DNA of 64,000 nt from positions 47,494,001 to 47,558,000 of the forward strand of contig NW_024704742.1 in the NCBI RefSeq assembly GCF_018977255.1. The letters run 5' to 3'. Source of the stretch: Callorhinchus milii. Lineage: Eukaryota. The notes under the pieces are model-generated. The model did not search any database. It saw only the letters and a list, made by a program, of their open reading frames with translations, and was not told where the DNA came from. The position numbers and the translations under genes were made by a program. Positions 42,021-55,779 of the stretch are shown here, piece by piece (positions within the stretch are counted from its first letter, which is position 1; each line of letters opens with the position of its first letter).

Positions 42021-43032
42021 AATACGTGTATTTTTCAGCGCCTCCAATTTTTCCACAAAGGAAGTTCAAGGTTAAGGTGTGAGGTTTATCACTCCAGTAG
42101 CTTTACGTCCATATTTTGACCCAAAATGCAACACAAGAAACTAAATTGTGTGAAGCCTTCAAATTTTCACATAGGAAATCTTTCACATGGGAATATCTGT
42201 GCAAGCATCTTCCTTAGCATTGAAGCTGGATAAGTATCATAGAATCATACAGAATTATACAGCACGGAAGGAGGCAATTCGGCCCATCATGTCTGTGCCG
42301 GCTCTTTAAAAAGTGCTATCCAAATCAATCCCACTACCCCACTCTCCCCATAGCCCTGCAAACTTGTCCTCCCCCAAATAATTACTCTCTTAAAAGTTGT
42401 TACCGAATCGACTTCCATCACCTTGTCAGGTAATGCATTCCAGATCCGAACAACTCGCTGCGTGAAAAAATTTCTCCTCACCTCCCCTCTGTTTCTTTTA
42501 ACAGCTATTTTAAATTGGTGTCCTCTGGTTACCGACCCAACCGCCAGTGAAAATAGTTTCTCCTTGTTCACCCTATCACTCATAATTTTGAAAACTTCTA
42601 TTAAGTCTCCTCTTAACCTCCTCTTCTCCAAGGAGAATAATCCCAGCTTCTCTAGCCTCTCCTGATAACTGAAGTCCTTTATTCCTGGTACCATCCTGGC
42701 AAATCTCCTTTGCACCCTCTCCAATGCCTTGACATCCTTCCTAAAGTGTGGGGCCCAGAACTGAACACAGTCTTGAACTGAGTCTAACCGGTGTTTAATA
42801 AAGCTTCATCGTAACTTCCTGACCTTTGTATTCTATGCCCCTATTTATAAAGCCTTGTATCCCATATGCTTTTTTAACAGCTTTATCTGCCTGTCCTGCC
42901 ACCTTCAAAGATTTACTTATATGAACCCCCAGGTCTCTCTGTTCCTTCACCCCCTTTAAGATTGTACCATCAGCTTATATTGCCTCTCCTCATTCTTCCT
43001 CCCAAAATGCATCACATCATATTTCTCCACAT

Positions 43033-43205
43033 TAACAACAACAACAAGATTACATTTATAGAGCGCCTTTCACGTCGGGAGGACGTCCCAAGGCACTGGA
43101 CAGTTGGGTTAGGACTCGAGCCTTGGGGGGAAAATGGTCAGGGTGAAGGGAGGGAACAAGGAGGGGATAGAGAGTCGAGAGGGGAGCTGAAGGCACGGTC
43201 AAAGA
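43033..43205 (-). mobile_element. Short L2 3' tail nested in CR1
   Basis: (AAC)n AAGATTACATTTATAGAGCGCCTTTCACGTCGGGAGGACGTCCCAAGG. Confidence 0.85.
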
Positions 43206-43754
43206 GAACTTCATCAGCCACCTGTCCGCCCATTTTAACACTCTGTATGTCCTCTTGCAGTTTGCTACTATCCTCCTCGCTGTTAATTACTTTAGTAATG
43301 AACTTACTAGCTTAGTATCATCTGCATCTACAGGAAAAGTGTACTCCCTATACTCAAGTCCAGGTCATTTATACGGATCAAAAACAGCAGTGGTGCCAAT
43401 ACCGACACTGAGGGATACCACTGCACACTTCCCTCCAGTCAGAAAAACAACCATTCACCACCACTCCCTGCTTTCGGTCTTCCAGACAGTTCTGTATCCA
43501 TACTGCCACTGTCGCTTTAATACAGTGGACTTCTATTTTGCTTACAAGTCATATGTGGCACTTTATCAAACGCCTTTTGAAAATCTATATAAACTACATC
43601 AACTTCACTACCTTCATCCACCCTCTCTGTTACTTCATCAAAAAACTCTTATTAGGTTTGTTTGACATGATTTGCCTTTAACAAATCCATGTTGGTTGTC
43701 CTTTATTAACCCATATTTTTCTAAGTGAAAATTTATTTTGTCCTGGATTATAGC

Positions 43755-45250
43755 CCTAAAAACAGCTGTCATCACCCCATCCTGAAAAAACCTTCCCGGA
43801 CCCATCCCTACTTTCCAGCTACTGCCCGATCTCTAATCTCCCATTCCTCTCCAAGGTTCTGGATCGAGTCATCGCTTCCCAGCTCCGCTCCTTTCTCGCC
43901 ATTCCCTCTTTGAACCCCTCCAATCCAGCTTCTGCACTGCCCACAGCACGGAAACAGCGCTGGTCAAAGTGACTAATAACATTCTGAACATCTGTGATCA
44001 GGGCTCCATCTGCCTCCTTGTCCTCCTCGACCTCTCTGTCACCTTTGACACTGTTGACCACTCCATCCTCATATACCACCTCTCCTCCTTACTTAATCTT
44101 CACGGACCTGCCCTTGCCTGTTTCGATTCCTATCTCTCTCACCATCTCCACTTTGTTGCCTCTAATGGTTTCTCCTACAGCCCCCGCACTGTCACGTCTG
44201 GCATCCCCCAGGGCTCTGTCCTTGGCCCTCTCCTCTTTAATATCTACATGCTCCCCCTTGGTGACATCATCCGCAAACATGGGGTCAACTTCCATATGTA
44301 TGCAGATGACACCCAACTCTATCTTTCTGCCTCCACCCTCAACTCCAGGACCACTGCTGTCCTGACAGAATGTCTGTCGGACATCAAGTCCTGGATGAGG
44401 GAAAATTTCCTACAGTTGAATGTGAACAAGACTGAGGCCCTCCTGATCGGCTCACGCCAGCGCCTCAGCACCTCAGACTCTGGCAACATCAACCTCCATG
44501 GTTGCACACTTCAACTCACCAGCCAGTCAGGGACCTGGTGTCTTGTTCGATCCTCAACTGTCTTTTCTTCCCCACATTCAAGCCATGACCCACTCTGCCT
44601 TCCCTCACCTCCGCAACATCGCCCGACTCCGCCATTGCCTCACCTCTCAGGCCGCTGAAACTCTTGTTCATGCCTTCATCACCTCCAGGCTCGACTGCAA
44701 ACTCCCTTCTTGTCAGCCTTCCCAACTCCTCCCTCCACAGGCTGCAGATAATCCAGAACTGTGCAGCCCGTGTCCTCTTCCGCACCAAACTCCGTGACCC
44801 AATTTCCCCCATTCTTTCCCGACTCCATTGGCTCCCTATCCTTCAAAATCCTGGTCCTCACCTACAAAGCCCTCCGTGGCCTCACCCCACCCTACCTTTG
44901 TGACCCCCTAACCCCCTACCAACCTGTCCGCTTCCTCTGCTCAGCCGGCTCTGGCCTGCTCCACGTCCCCCGACCCACCCGCCCCACCATTGGCAGGAGA
45001 GCCTTCAGCCACTCTGCCCCCAACCTCTGGAACTCCATCCCCCAATCACCCCGCCTCACCCCTTCCTTAGCCTCCTTCAAGTCCCACCTCAAGACCCTCC
45101 TCTTCGACCATGCCATCGGCCACCCCCCTTCCCCTCCCCTCTTCCCCCTGACTCCAGCTTGGGTCTGAAATGCTGTACACTGTCCAGCACCTTGGGACGT
45201 CCTCCCAACATGAAAGGCACGATACAAATGTAATCTTGTTGTCGTTGTTG
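43755..45250 (+). mobile_element. L2 LINE with RT domain, frameshifted, nested in CR1
   Basis: LLDLSVTFDTVDH...[17 protein letters not shown]...MYADDTQLY; (TTG)n-like tail. Confidence 0.92.
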
Positions 45251-47384
45251 GAGTCTCTAGAAGTTTCCTGACTACCGATAGGCTGACTGGCCTGTCGTTC
45301 CTGAGTTTATCCTTCTGTCCCTTTTTGTACAGGGGAGTAACATTTGCAATCTTCCAGTCTGGCACTACCCCGGTGTCCAAGGAGGATTGAAAGATTGTGG
45401 CCAGAGCCTCTGTTATTTCCACACTTACTTCCCTCACTAATAGGATAAATCCTGTCCGGACCGGGTGACTCATCCAACTTGAGCCCAACAACCTTTTTAG
45501 TACCTCCTCTCGGTTTATTCGTATCTTATCCAATTATTTTCTCTATCCTCTCCTCCAATACTGTGGCATTGGCTGCATCCTCTTCTTTTGTGAAGACAGA
45601 TGCAAAGTGCTCATTCAGTATGTCAGCCATGCCCTCTGTTTGCTCAGGAAGATTTCCTTTTTGGTAGCTCTTAAAAGAAAACCAAAAGAATTAAGGCCGT
45701 ATTTTAATTTTGCAAGTTTTAAAATGCAATGTTAATGGAGTAAATCTAGGCCTAGTTGGAATTTTGCCTCTAATTGTTGAATACAAATATTTTTAAAGAT
45801 GAAACAAATTAAGGCATGGAAATGTCACGGTTAGGTATGGTGAAAATATTAAGCATCATCAAAATTATTAAAAATGACAGATATGATTTGTTGGTAACTA
45901 AGTTACGTTTATGCAGTATTTCTAGGCAAACAAAAATATGGTAACACAAAATAATTTTTCTTTTTCCCCGTATTTCTTTTATGGTCCTGACATCCTAAAG
46001 TCAGATGCCAAAACTGGATATAATACTGTAACTACGGTCTAACTATGTTATACAAGCTTCACCCGTTCGTTTTATATTTTATGTTTGTACTTATAAAACC
46101 CAGGATTCCTTTGGGTTTCTTCACAGCTTTGTCCAACTTGTTTTCCCATCTTTAACTCCTAGGTCTCTGCTCCTCAATTCTATTCAGCACATACTCAGCC
46201 TCATTATTCTTCCTTCTAAAATATTTAACCTTTTTCTGCATTAAATTTTATCTGCAATCTCCGTGCCCAATCTATTAGTGATTCCGTATCCTGAAGTTGC
46301 TTATGTAAGATCCCTTTAGTTATTACAAATGTATTTTTCAAATTTTATTTGAAGAGCATGTATTAACATAAATCAATAACATACAAAAAAATCTGAATTC
46401 ATAGTGCATAGAAGAATATCATTCACCATTAAACCCAATTTGTATTTTCCACTTCATCTAATTTAGCTTAAAATCAGATGTGTTGTAAACGGGTCATAAT
46501 GGAATTTATATCCCTTTCATGGTGGTCACGATAACTCATTTGTGATTTTTGGTGCTTTATGAGTCAACACATCAGGCCACTTAGAATATAAATTGTATCT
46601 CACGGGCTTGATGTATCCAGTATTTATCTGATCTTGGGGTTTTTTCGGAGCACGTTGACCTTTGCATATCTAAAAAAAATTTAGAGGAACTATTCAAAAA
46701 GCTTATAAATATAGGAGCAATGATTTTATGACTTTGCCTCTTTAGGATTTTATGCTGAGTGTGCACTGAAAACTATTTGTGGTTGCTCCCAGCATTGAAC
46801 AGATTAGGAATAGGAAGATTAATTTGTAATGTTGAGGATAGTTGTGTGCTGCATACTATTTGGATTTTAAAGTTATTACCGTAGTCAGCTATTGCAACTA
46901 ACCCTTTAATAACATTGAAAATGGTCCCTTAAAAGCTCTTGATTTTTTTAAAGAACCTTTTTTGATGTGACTCCCCTATTAGTTCTCATACCTCCAACTT
47001 TCACACTCACAACTGTTTCCTTGCCTCTCTTACCATTTTTCTCTCAGTGATGTTCCCACCATCTTTCACTTTCCTCTCATACTGTTTTATTAGTTCCTCC
47101 CACTGTTTTCCATTCCTTATACTCCCTCATTCATATTATAATTCACTATCTTGTCCCACTCTCCCTTTTTTTGACTGAGAGTTTGAGCTTTTCGCAGGGA
47201 CTGCTTTTGAACAGTAAACAGTTGTGGTACCAGAAGAACAGGTTGAACACCTCTTTTCCTCCCTGCCCTCTTTCTCGCACCCCCCACGCACCCATAAATT
47301 TTATTCTCAATCTGGTTGAAGCATTTCCCAATTGATTATTTTGAAGAAAAAGAGCTGTTTATGATGTTAAACAACCAATTAGTA

Positions 47385-47785
47385 ATCGGGGTCTCCTCAA
47401 GAGCCTCCTTGAACTGGCTCAAAGGTGACATGTTTGGCAACAAACTCAGAATCGAGCCAATCCTCTGTGGCAGTGGCGGTAGTCCGGTTCCTGAGCCAGG
47501 CGAGTCTGCAGTATTCCAGGGCACTGCCAGCCAAAGCCCTAATGGATAGGGTGGTCATAGCTGGACAAGCAGGTCCCCAAGTCTTGGCTCTTGCCAACCT
47601 GCGCCTAATACCTTCTGGAATTAGGTGAACAGAATCCTTCCCTCCGGGGAGCTAGTGCGCATTTCATTCCAACAATTTATCTCTGGAATTTTCATGTGTA
47701 GTTGGGATGCAATGAATTCTCAGTTTGGATACTGAGATAAGCATGGTGGTGGGTTTCCACATGTGACAGACACCTGGCTGACAAA
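47385..47785 (+). mobile_element. Unclassified ancient interspersed repeat with hairpins and an A-rich end (most complete plus-strand copy)
   Basis: GGGGTCTCCT...AAGGTGACA...GAGCCAATCCTCTGTGGC...CCTAATACCTTCTGGAATTAGG...GCTGACAAAAAAA; homologous to 15270-15480 and 57760-58200. Confidence 0.7.
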
Positions 47786-49395
47786 AAAATGAAGTTAAAT
47801 TGTTGCTCATTTGGTTGAAGCTTGATGCTGTATATTTGGCCTTCCTTTAATGATCATAATCCTTGCATTTGATATAGTGCCTTAACATGTCGTTGAGATA
47901 TCTCAAAGTGCTGTACAGAATATATTGTACTGTGCATTTTGTGGGCAAAAAGCAGCAGCCAATTACGCACAACAGTATCCCACAAACAGTTGTTGATTGA
48001 TTTTTTTTGAGGGATTATTACCCCTGGAAAACGATCCACCAATCGATTTTGTAATGGTTAAAATGCAGAATGTAAAAATAAGCAGCCTTTACAATTCAGG
48101 CCCAAGTGACGACTAGGCAGAAGGACATTGGAACATTTTTGATTGATATTCTTTTCAGGTTTCTCTTGAAATTTTCAGAATAACATTTTTTCTTATGAGT
48201 CTATGTCCTTAAAAAGTAAGTTCTCTTTTGTACATTAAACATTTTGTTCCTACTTTTGTTGATGTTAAAGGGAGAAATGTGGGCGAGGACTCCAATAAAA
48301 TTATATATAGAGTAATCACATTAACAATTGCTCTTCAAAGGGACAGTGAGCAGAGTTTTCCTTCATTTTTATTATTTAATAAGTTTGTTTTATCTTCAAT
48401 AAACACTTTGTTAAGAAAAATTGTCTAGTAGGCCTTCAATTTTTGTGTTTGTTGTTCAAACTGGTATCCTAAAAGGGCTAAAAATGTGTGCTCTGGCAAT
48501 GATTGTAAGAGTTAAATTTGCTATTGATGTAAGTGCAGAAGTGAAAACTAACAAACTGAAAGTGTACGACTTTCAGCGCAAAACTTAGCTGTACAAGATG
48601 GGTTAAGTGGAATGTATGCAGAACTAGCCAATATTAAATGAGATCCATAATGTTACAAAACCACAGACTTAAAAAAGGCCCTGAGCTCTTCAAACGACGA
48701 TACAATTTATTGTATTATGAACTGCACTTGATTTATTTAACTTCCCGAGGTTACGTGTGTCAGAACTTTCTCCCTGAGCTCCAAAGGCAATTGAATGAAT
48801 TTCCAGATTTATCTAGTCCTCAATTATTCAAACCCAACCATTTGGTTTTCACAGATAACATTTCCCCAATACATAGCAATGCAAGTCTCATCATATTCCA
48901 GGAAATATGTGAATACCTCTGTCTCTACACACTGTAGCCATGTAATCTTAAATCATGTGCCCAAATTGATATCTTCCAGCTCCTTTTTAAAGTAATTAAT
49001 TGACCTAGCCTGAAGTGATTTTGCTGGGAATTTTTTTCCACACAGTCACTCGTCTGAAGGGAGGAAACACAGTTTATTTCTTGCCCATCTTAAAGTTTGT
49101 TAACTCTTTCCTCATTCTTTCAATTTTATTACATTGGTACACAATATTCAAGTTCCTCCGCATTTTAAACAATCAGCTCTCAATCATTTCGCTAAGGAAA
49201 GAAAATCAATCTGTCTTCTAAACATTTGTCATTGTTATCATTACCCTCTAATATGTCCACCTGAATGTAAGATAATCAAATACGTACATATTTGAATTGA
49301 AGTAATATAAATCAGTTATACAAATACTAGAATAGATGTCAGGAAATACTAAAGCAAATGTCAGGAATTCAGATTAACTGCCACAATCATTAAAC

Positions 49396-49537
49396 TTCAA
49401 AGATCTATGCACCAATTGAGTGATTACAAACGACCAATAGATTTTACTGTAAAACAACCCATTGGGTGAATTACTTTATTTTACAGTAAAATCTATTTGC
49501 CATGCGTAATCACTCAATTACTGCATAGATCTTTGAA
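49396..49537. repeat. 142-bp imperfect palindrome (fold-back / MITE-like)
   Basis: Arms TTCAAAGATCTATGCA..AATTGAGTGATTAC...ATAGATTTTACTGTAAAA pair with their reverse complement. Confidence 0.9.
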
Positions 49538-51084
49538 TCCTGTGGATAAATACATTCGCAGGAAGGGACAATGTGCAGGAAGTAACAACTGCTGGGAACT
49601 GTCAACCCAGAAGTTGGCCATTTTTGAGTACTGCTGCCTGGTAATCAGTGCCAAACACTGCGCAAACGATTTAAATAAACCCACACTCAACTGAGGAATT
49701 TTATAACAGGGTCACCCTTTATATGGAAAATTGTTACAATCTTCAGTATTCTGATCCCAAATCAGTTAGTAATCCAGCTTTGTGATTTGTCATGATTTCC
49801 AGGGATACAATAATGATTTGCATAGTAATTTTAGAATAACTGTTTAGAACTATCAAGTGTGTTTTGCACAAAAAAGGTAACCAGACACCTACAAATGTAA
49901 TACTGATGTATACGTCAGGTAATACACAGAAACATACAAATTTTCAACACAGGAGACCATTTTTCCAAACATTTCTGTACCAGTGCAAATTTCATTTTAT
50001 TTAACATTTTCAAATTTATACAAATAGAATATATATCTTTGTATCAATATGATAAAACTAAAATGCATATGCTACAGCCTCGTCTGTTCATGTCATAGCT
50101 TTTAGACATGACCACAGCATATCTCATTTGAAAACAACAATAAAATTACATTTCTAGTGCGCCTTTCACATCAGAAGGATATCCCAAACTGCTGGACAGT
50201 TAAGGGTTGCATCCAAACCTGGAGTTGGAATCAAGAGGGTTGGAGGGCAAGGGGCATGGGGGTGGGAGGATGACCAAAGGCACAGTCAAAGAGGAACATC
50301 TTGAGACGGATCTTGAAGGAGGCAAAGGAGGGGGCATTTTGTCAATAGCAGCTTGATGCAGGGATGTAATGGTTAGATGTGTGTTCTGGAGAGCTGAGAT
50401 CAGATGGGATGAAGGACCTTCTTCATCCAAACCAATTTGTGAATATGGTAAATAGACACAAAAGGCAGTTAAAATGTGTTAAATACCCACAAACTGCTAT
50501 GATAGCATAGTGATCACTGTAACCTTGTAATGAATGATTATTCTCACTGTAGAATGTGTAATTAAATTAATTTGCTCACAAGATAGAGTCAATCCACTTT
50601 ACAGTACATCCCGTGAAGCTCTTTGAGACATCTCAATGACGTGATAAGGCCTTATTTCAAATACAAGGATTATTATTATCTAGTAATTATTTTGTTTTAA
50701 GACAGTAAAAAGATTGACCAAATACATAACTAAATCACAATATGAAACCTATGCGTTTCAAGGGATCTTAAAGTTTCCAATTCTTGAAAACAACCCTTGA
50801 TTGCTACATTCTTGAAAGTTTGGGGGTTGATCTCCTTAGCAAGACTTCATGTTACTTCCAAAATATAAACAGAGTTCTATTCATCGACATGCTTTATACC
50901 ACAAGTCATTGCAAATTACCATCAGGGAAGAAATAACCTACTTTTGGCCATGTGGATTGTCTGAGTGGAGCATTACCAGGAGTGAGAGAAAGGTTTCATC
51001 ATCACTGCTGAATTCCAATCCTAGCTGAGCTAAATAAAGCCAGGTGCCTCTTTACGGAAGAAAGATATAAAAAAGGAAGTGTTT

Positions 51085-52213
51085 GGCTTTTCCTCCGGCC
51101 CCCGCACTGTCTCATGTGGTGTCCCTCAGGGCTCTGACCTCGGTCCCCTCCTCTTCACCCTCTATATGCTCCCCCTTGTTGACATCATCCGCAGACATGG
51201 AGTTAACTTCCTCATGTATACGGATGACACCCAACTCTACCTTTCCTCCTCTACCCTCAACTCCATGACCACCGATGTCCTGACAGCTGCCTGTCCGACA
51301 TCGAGTCCTGGACGAGAGATAACTTTCTTCAGCTCAACGTGCAAAAAACTGAGGCCCTCCTGATTGGCTCACGTCAGCGCCTCCGCACCTCAGGCGCTGA
51401 CAGCATCAGCATCCAAGGCTGCACTCTCCACCTCTCAAAGCCGCTCAGGAACCTCGGTGTTCTGTTCGACCCTGAGCTGTTCTTTCTCCCCCATATCCGC
51501 GCCACAACTGGCACCGCCTTCCATCACCTCCGGAATGTCGCCAGACTATGGCATTACCTCACCCCTCACGCTGCTGAAACTCTGGTCCACACCTTCATCA
51601 CCTCAAGGCTGGACTACGGGAACTCTCTCCTCGCCGGCCTTCCCGCCACCTCCCTCCACACGCTGCAGGTCATTCAGAACTCTGCAGCTCGTGTACTGTC
51701 CCGCACCAGGCTTCGGGAACACATCACTCCCACCCTCGCTCGCCTCCACTGGCTCCCCATCCCCCAGAGGATCGAATTCAAGATCCTCACCCTCACCTAC
51801 AAGGCCATTCACGGCCTCGCTCCCTCCTACCTCTCCGACCTACTATCCCCCTACCTACCTGCCCGTACCCTCCATTCCTCTGGCTCCGGTCTGCTCCACA
51901 TCCCCCGCCCCAACCGCCCTACCATCGGTGGTCGGGCCTTCAGCCTCTCAGCCCCGAGGCTCTGGAACTCCATCCCCCAGTGCCTTCGCCGCCTCCTCCC
52001 TTTCCTCCTTCAAGGCCGGTCTCAAGACCTTTCTCTTTGACCGAGCCTTCAGCTCCCCTCTCGACTCTCTACCCCCTCCTCGCTCCCTCCCTTCCCTCCC
52101 CTCACCCTGACCAAGTCCCCCCTGCTCGGGTCCTGACCAACTGTACAGCGCCTTGGGACATCCTCCCGACGTGAAAGGAGCTCTATAAATGGAATCTTGT
52201 TGTTGTTGTTGTT
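51085..52213 (+). mobile_element. Young L2 LINE 3' part
   Basis: [13 protein letters not shown]...YTDDTQLY; 233-aa ORF2 C-terminal segment; (TTG)n tail. Confidence 0.92.
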
Positions 52214-52764
52214 GACAGGTGCCTTTCCTACTAGATAACCAAGGTCTTCATCGGGATTCTGGTCTGGCAGAAATCCCACTCAACCCTCCCAGCTACAGGG
52301 CCAGGATTAACAAAGGAGAAACATTGGAATAAAAAAGGTAGTATTATCAGTACAAAAAAAGAATTAAACTACCTGCTCCATTGCTCAGATTGAATATATA
52401 TTGGCACATTATACAGTTCCTTTTTATATCCTCTGTATTTCTAATTAATGTTTTAGAACGAAACGTAATGATCTGCAAATCCATAAATTAATCCCGATAT
52501 TTACAAGTTGAAAGTGAAAGCTGTATGAAATTCTTCACCGTCTGACAGTTTATGTATTATTATAAATGAATGTTTCAGAATATATTGATCCATAAGCTCC
52601 ACCAAATATTGGATAGCATTTACATTTTAAATATCAATCATTCTAATTTTAATTATAATCCAGACCATTTGAAAAAAGTTTAATACTTTAAGTCTAATAG
52701 ATATAGTTTTATGTCATTGCTTCTTGTACCAGGGTATGGTCCTGGAGACACTGGTTGTCCTCTG

Positions 52765-53240
52765 GTAATAATAATAATCCTTGAACTTGGACGTGCTCCC
52801 GACGTGAAAGGCTCTATACAAATGAACCTTGCTATTGTTGTTGAATTTGGTATGGCACCTTTCACCTTGGGAGGACGTCTCAAAGTGCTTCACAGGTTAT
52901 ACGGTAAGGTGTATTTTGTGGGCAAACACAGCAGTGTCCCATAAACAGCCATGAAGTGAATGACCAATTTTATTTGGGGGGATTGTTGACTAAGACACTG
53001 GGAGAAGCATCCTTCTCTTTTCGAGTATTGCCATGGGATCTTTAATATCCAGAACAGAGAGACAGGGCTTCAATTGACATCTCATCTGAAGGATGGCACC
53101 TCTAACAAAATAGCACATACCCCAGCACTGCATTGGAGCATTAGCTTAGACTATATGAACTCGAAGTCATGAAATGAGGTTTGAACCCACAATCTGACTC
53201 TGAGGCTAATGGGCTACCAATTAAGCCAGACTGACTGACA
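52765..53240 (-). mobile_element. Deu-SINE with a tiny plus-strand L2 tail inserted in its 3' end
   Basis: SINE tail AATAATAATCCTTG|...|ATTTGGTATGGCACC is split by GACGTGAAAGGCTCTATACAAATG...TTGTTG, with an apparent TTGAA duplication. Confidence 0.7.
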
Positions 53241-53319
53241 GGCATAGCAACACCACCAACAAATTTCACTTGAATAATGACTTTCATGTCGAATAACATC
53301 TCAAAACACTTTACAAAGA

Positions 53320-55125
53320 TTAGAAAGAATGTACAGCACAGAAACGGGCCCAGCCAGTCCGCTCTGGCGTACTCCACACGAGTCTCCATCCATTTCTTTA
53401 CTCCCTCCCATAACCTTCTATTCTCCTCTCCCTCATGTCCAGCTTCCTCTTGAATGCATCTACACTATCTGATTCAACCACCGCTTCATGCAGCGAGTTC
53501 CACAATCTCACTGCCCTCTGTGTGAAGTAGTTTCTCCTAAATTCTCTTTTTCATCCACTTGTCGCTATTTTATAATTGTGTCCCCGGTTATGCAGTCCCC
53601 AACCAGTGGGGACAGCCTATTTATGTTAACCTTAACAAACCCTTTAATGAATTCAAACATTTCTGTTAATGCCCCCTTAAACAAAATAAGACCTAACCTA
53701 TCCAGTCTATCCGAATAGCAGTAGCCTGGCATGCCTTGATGTCATCCTATTTATTATATATTACAATAAATATATGATAAATACATAATATATAACATTC
53801 CACTTTATTATATATTCTGTGAAGTGCTTTGAGACATCTCAACGACATGATAAAAACACTATCAAATACAAGGATTATTATTATTATATTATCCTAGTAA
53901 GACAATGCTATACTCTTTCCATCACTGCTATATCCCTCCTATAGTGTGGAGACCAGAATTGTGGTCTAACCATGGTTTTGTATAAATTCAACTTCACATC
54001 CTCTAATATAAAGCTCAAGATCCCATCGGCCTTTTTTTCATAGCCTTATATTGTTACTTTGAGTGATTTCTGGTCTTAAACCCCAGATTTCTTTGCTCCT
54101 ATACTCCTCTTAGGTTCCTGTCTAGACTCTAGACAGTTTCTTTACTTTTCCTGCCAAAGTGAATTACTTCACATTTTCCTACATTAATCATAATTTGTCA
54201 TTTAAATACCCATTCTGCCAGAATGTTTATGTCTTCCTGCATTCTTCTGCAATCCCCTTCACTCTTTGCCCCACCTCTCCCCCTCCCAGTTTGGTGTTAT
54301 CTGCAAATTTTGATACCACACTTCTTATACCTGAATCCAAATAATTTATGTATATGATGTACAGTAGCAATACTAACACAGATCCCTGAAGAACACAACT
54401 CCCACCCTCGCTCGCCTCCACTGGCTCCCCATCCCCAGAGGATCGATTTCAAGATCCTCATCCTCACCTACAAGGCCATTCATGGCCTCGCTCCCTCCTA
54501 CCTCTCTGACCTACTATCCCCCTACCTACCTGCCCGTACCCTCCATTCCTCTGGCTCCGGTCTGCTCCACATCCCCCGCCCCAACCGCCCTACCATCGGT
54601 GGCCGGGCCTTCAGCCTCTCAGCCCCGAGGCTCTGGAACTCTATCCCCCAGTGCCTTCGCCGCCTCCTCCCTTTACTCCTTCAAGGCCGGTCTCAAGACC
54701 TTTCTCTTTGACCGAGCCTTCGGCTCCCCTCTCGACTCTCTACCCTCTTCTCGCTCCCTCCCTTCCGTCCCCTCACCCTGACCATTTCCCCCCTGCTCGG
54801 GTCCTGACCCAACTGTACAGCGCCTTGGGACGTCCTCCCGACGTGAAATGCGCTCTATAAATGGAATCTTGTTGTTGTTGTTGTTGTATTACTTCTTTCC
54901 AGCCTGAGAAGATACCCTTAACTCCTACCCTTTGCTTTTGGTCTCCTAAGCATTCTTTAATCCATTCTGCTACCTCTCCCACAATTCCACATGCCCTTAT
55001 TTTAGTCATGAGCGTCTTATGTGACACTTTATCAAAAGCTTTCCAGAAATCCAGATACACTACATCCACTTCATTTTCCTCATCCAGTAAGGTTGGTCAA
55101 GCATGACCTTCCTTTTGCTGTTCTT
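53320..55125 (-). mobile_element. Degenerate CR1 LINE with nested SINE tail (about 53800-53885) and L2 (54398-54885)
   Basis: DVVYLDFWKAFDKVSH; SKFADNTKLGG; GSVL motifs. Confidence 0.85.
54398..54885 (+). mobile_element. Young 5'-truncated L2, near-identical to 51726-52213
   Basis: Comparison by eye shows only scattered substitutions over about 490 bp. Confidence 0.9.
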
Positions 55126-55779
55126 ATTTATATCACAGAGACAACATAGAAACCCCAAACAAGGCAGGAGATGGAGGCGAGTGAAGGTGCAGTGAAAGGG
55201 GGGGGGGGAATTAAAAAGTCTTCTGAAGGCAGGGAACAGATGGTGCGATATGACAAAATTCTGGGAGACAATTTCAGAGAGTAGAGATAAAGGGCCAAAA
55301 GTTCACCCAGCATCGGAAAGGAAGAGAAGGGCATCGAACATGGAGTTGGAAGAGCAGAGGCAGGGGAGTGGGACTTCAGGAGATCCCAGAGGTAGGATTG
55401 GGCAAGAGAGGCACAAGTGGTCACATCTGAGTGTGAATGGTGGGTGTTGATAGGCTATTTAACTGCAAGGGGAATTGCAGCCAAACCCAATGCTCTTTTC
55501 ATCTAAAGAACTTGCATATATCTTCAGACAGAGGAGATGGATACTGGCTCCCTAATTGATTTTGCCCTCACTAATATAGAGATCTGAAGCCACATTTAGC
55601 ACCTCAGGTACAACCCCAGCATGATCCACCAACTCAAAACACACTCAGTATAGAAATGTGGGATCTTCCCATAAACTTGCCCAGTTTTGGCAATCACTTT
55701 TAAGTTTGCTTTTTTTTTTTCCCTTTACCAAAAATGGATGTTAGACCTCAAGAACCACTTCAGTTGTTTTATACATAGT

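Larger units (their letters stand above)
42235..45670 (-). mobile_element. CR1 LINE (about 1.8 kb of ORF2 3' part) interrupted by two L2 insertions
   Basis: ERVQRRFARMVPG...LEKRRLRGDLIEVFK...FFTQRVVRIWNALP (42287-42724) and DWKIANVTPLYKKG (about 45300-45400); CATAGAAT tail at about 42240. Confidence 0.9.

Noticed and set aside
43969..44658. Reverse-transcriptase ORF as an active or domesticated gene
   Set aside because: 5'-truncated, frameshifted L2 copy; the same applies to the other RT-like ORFs.
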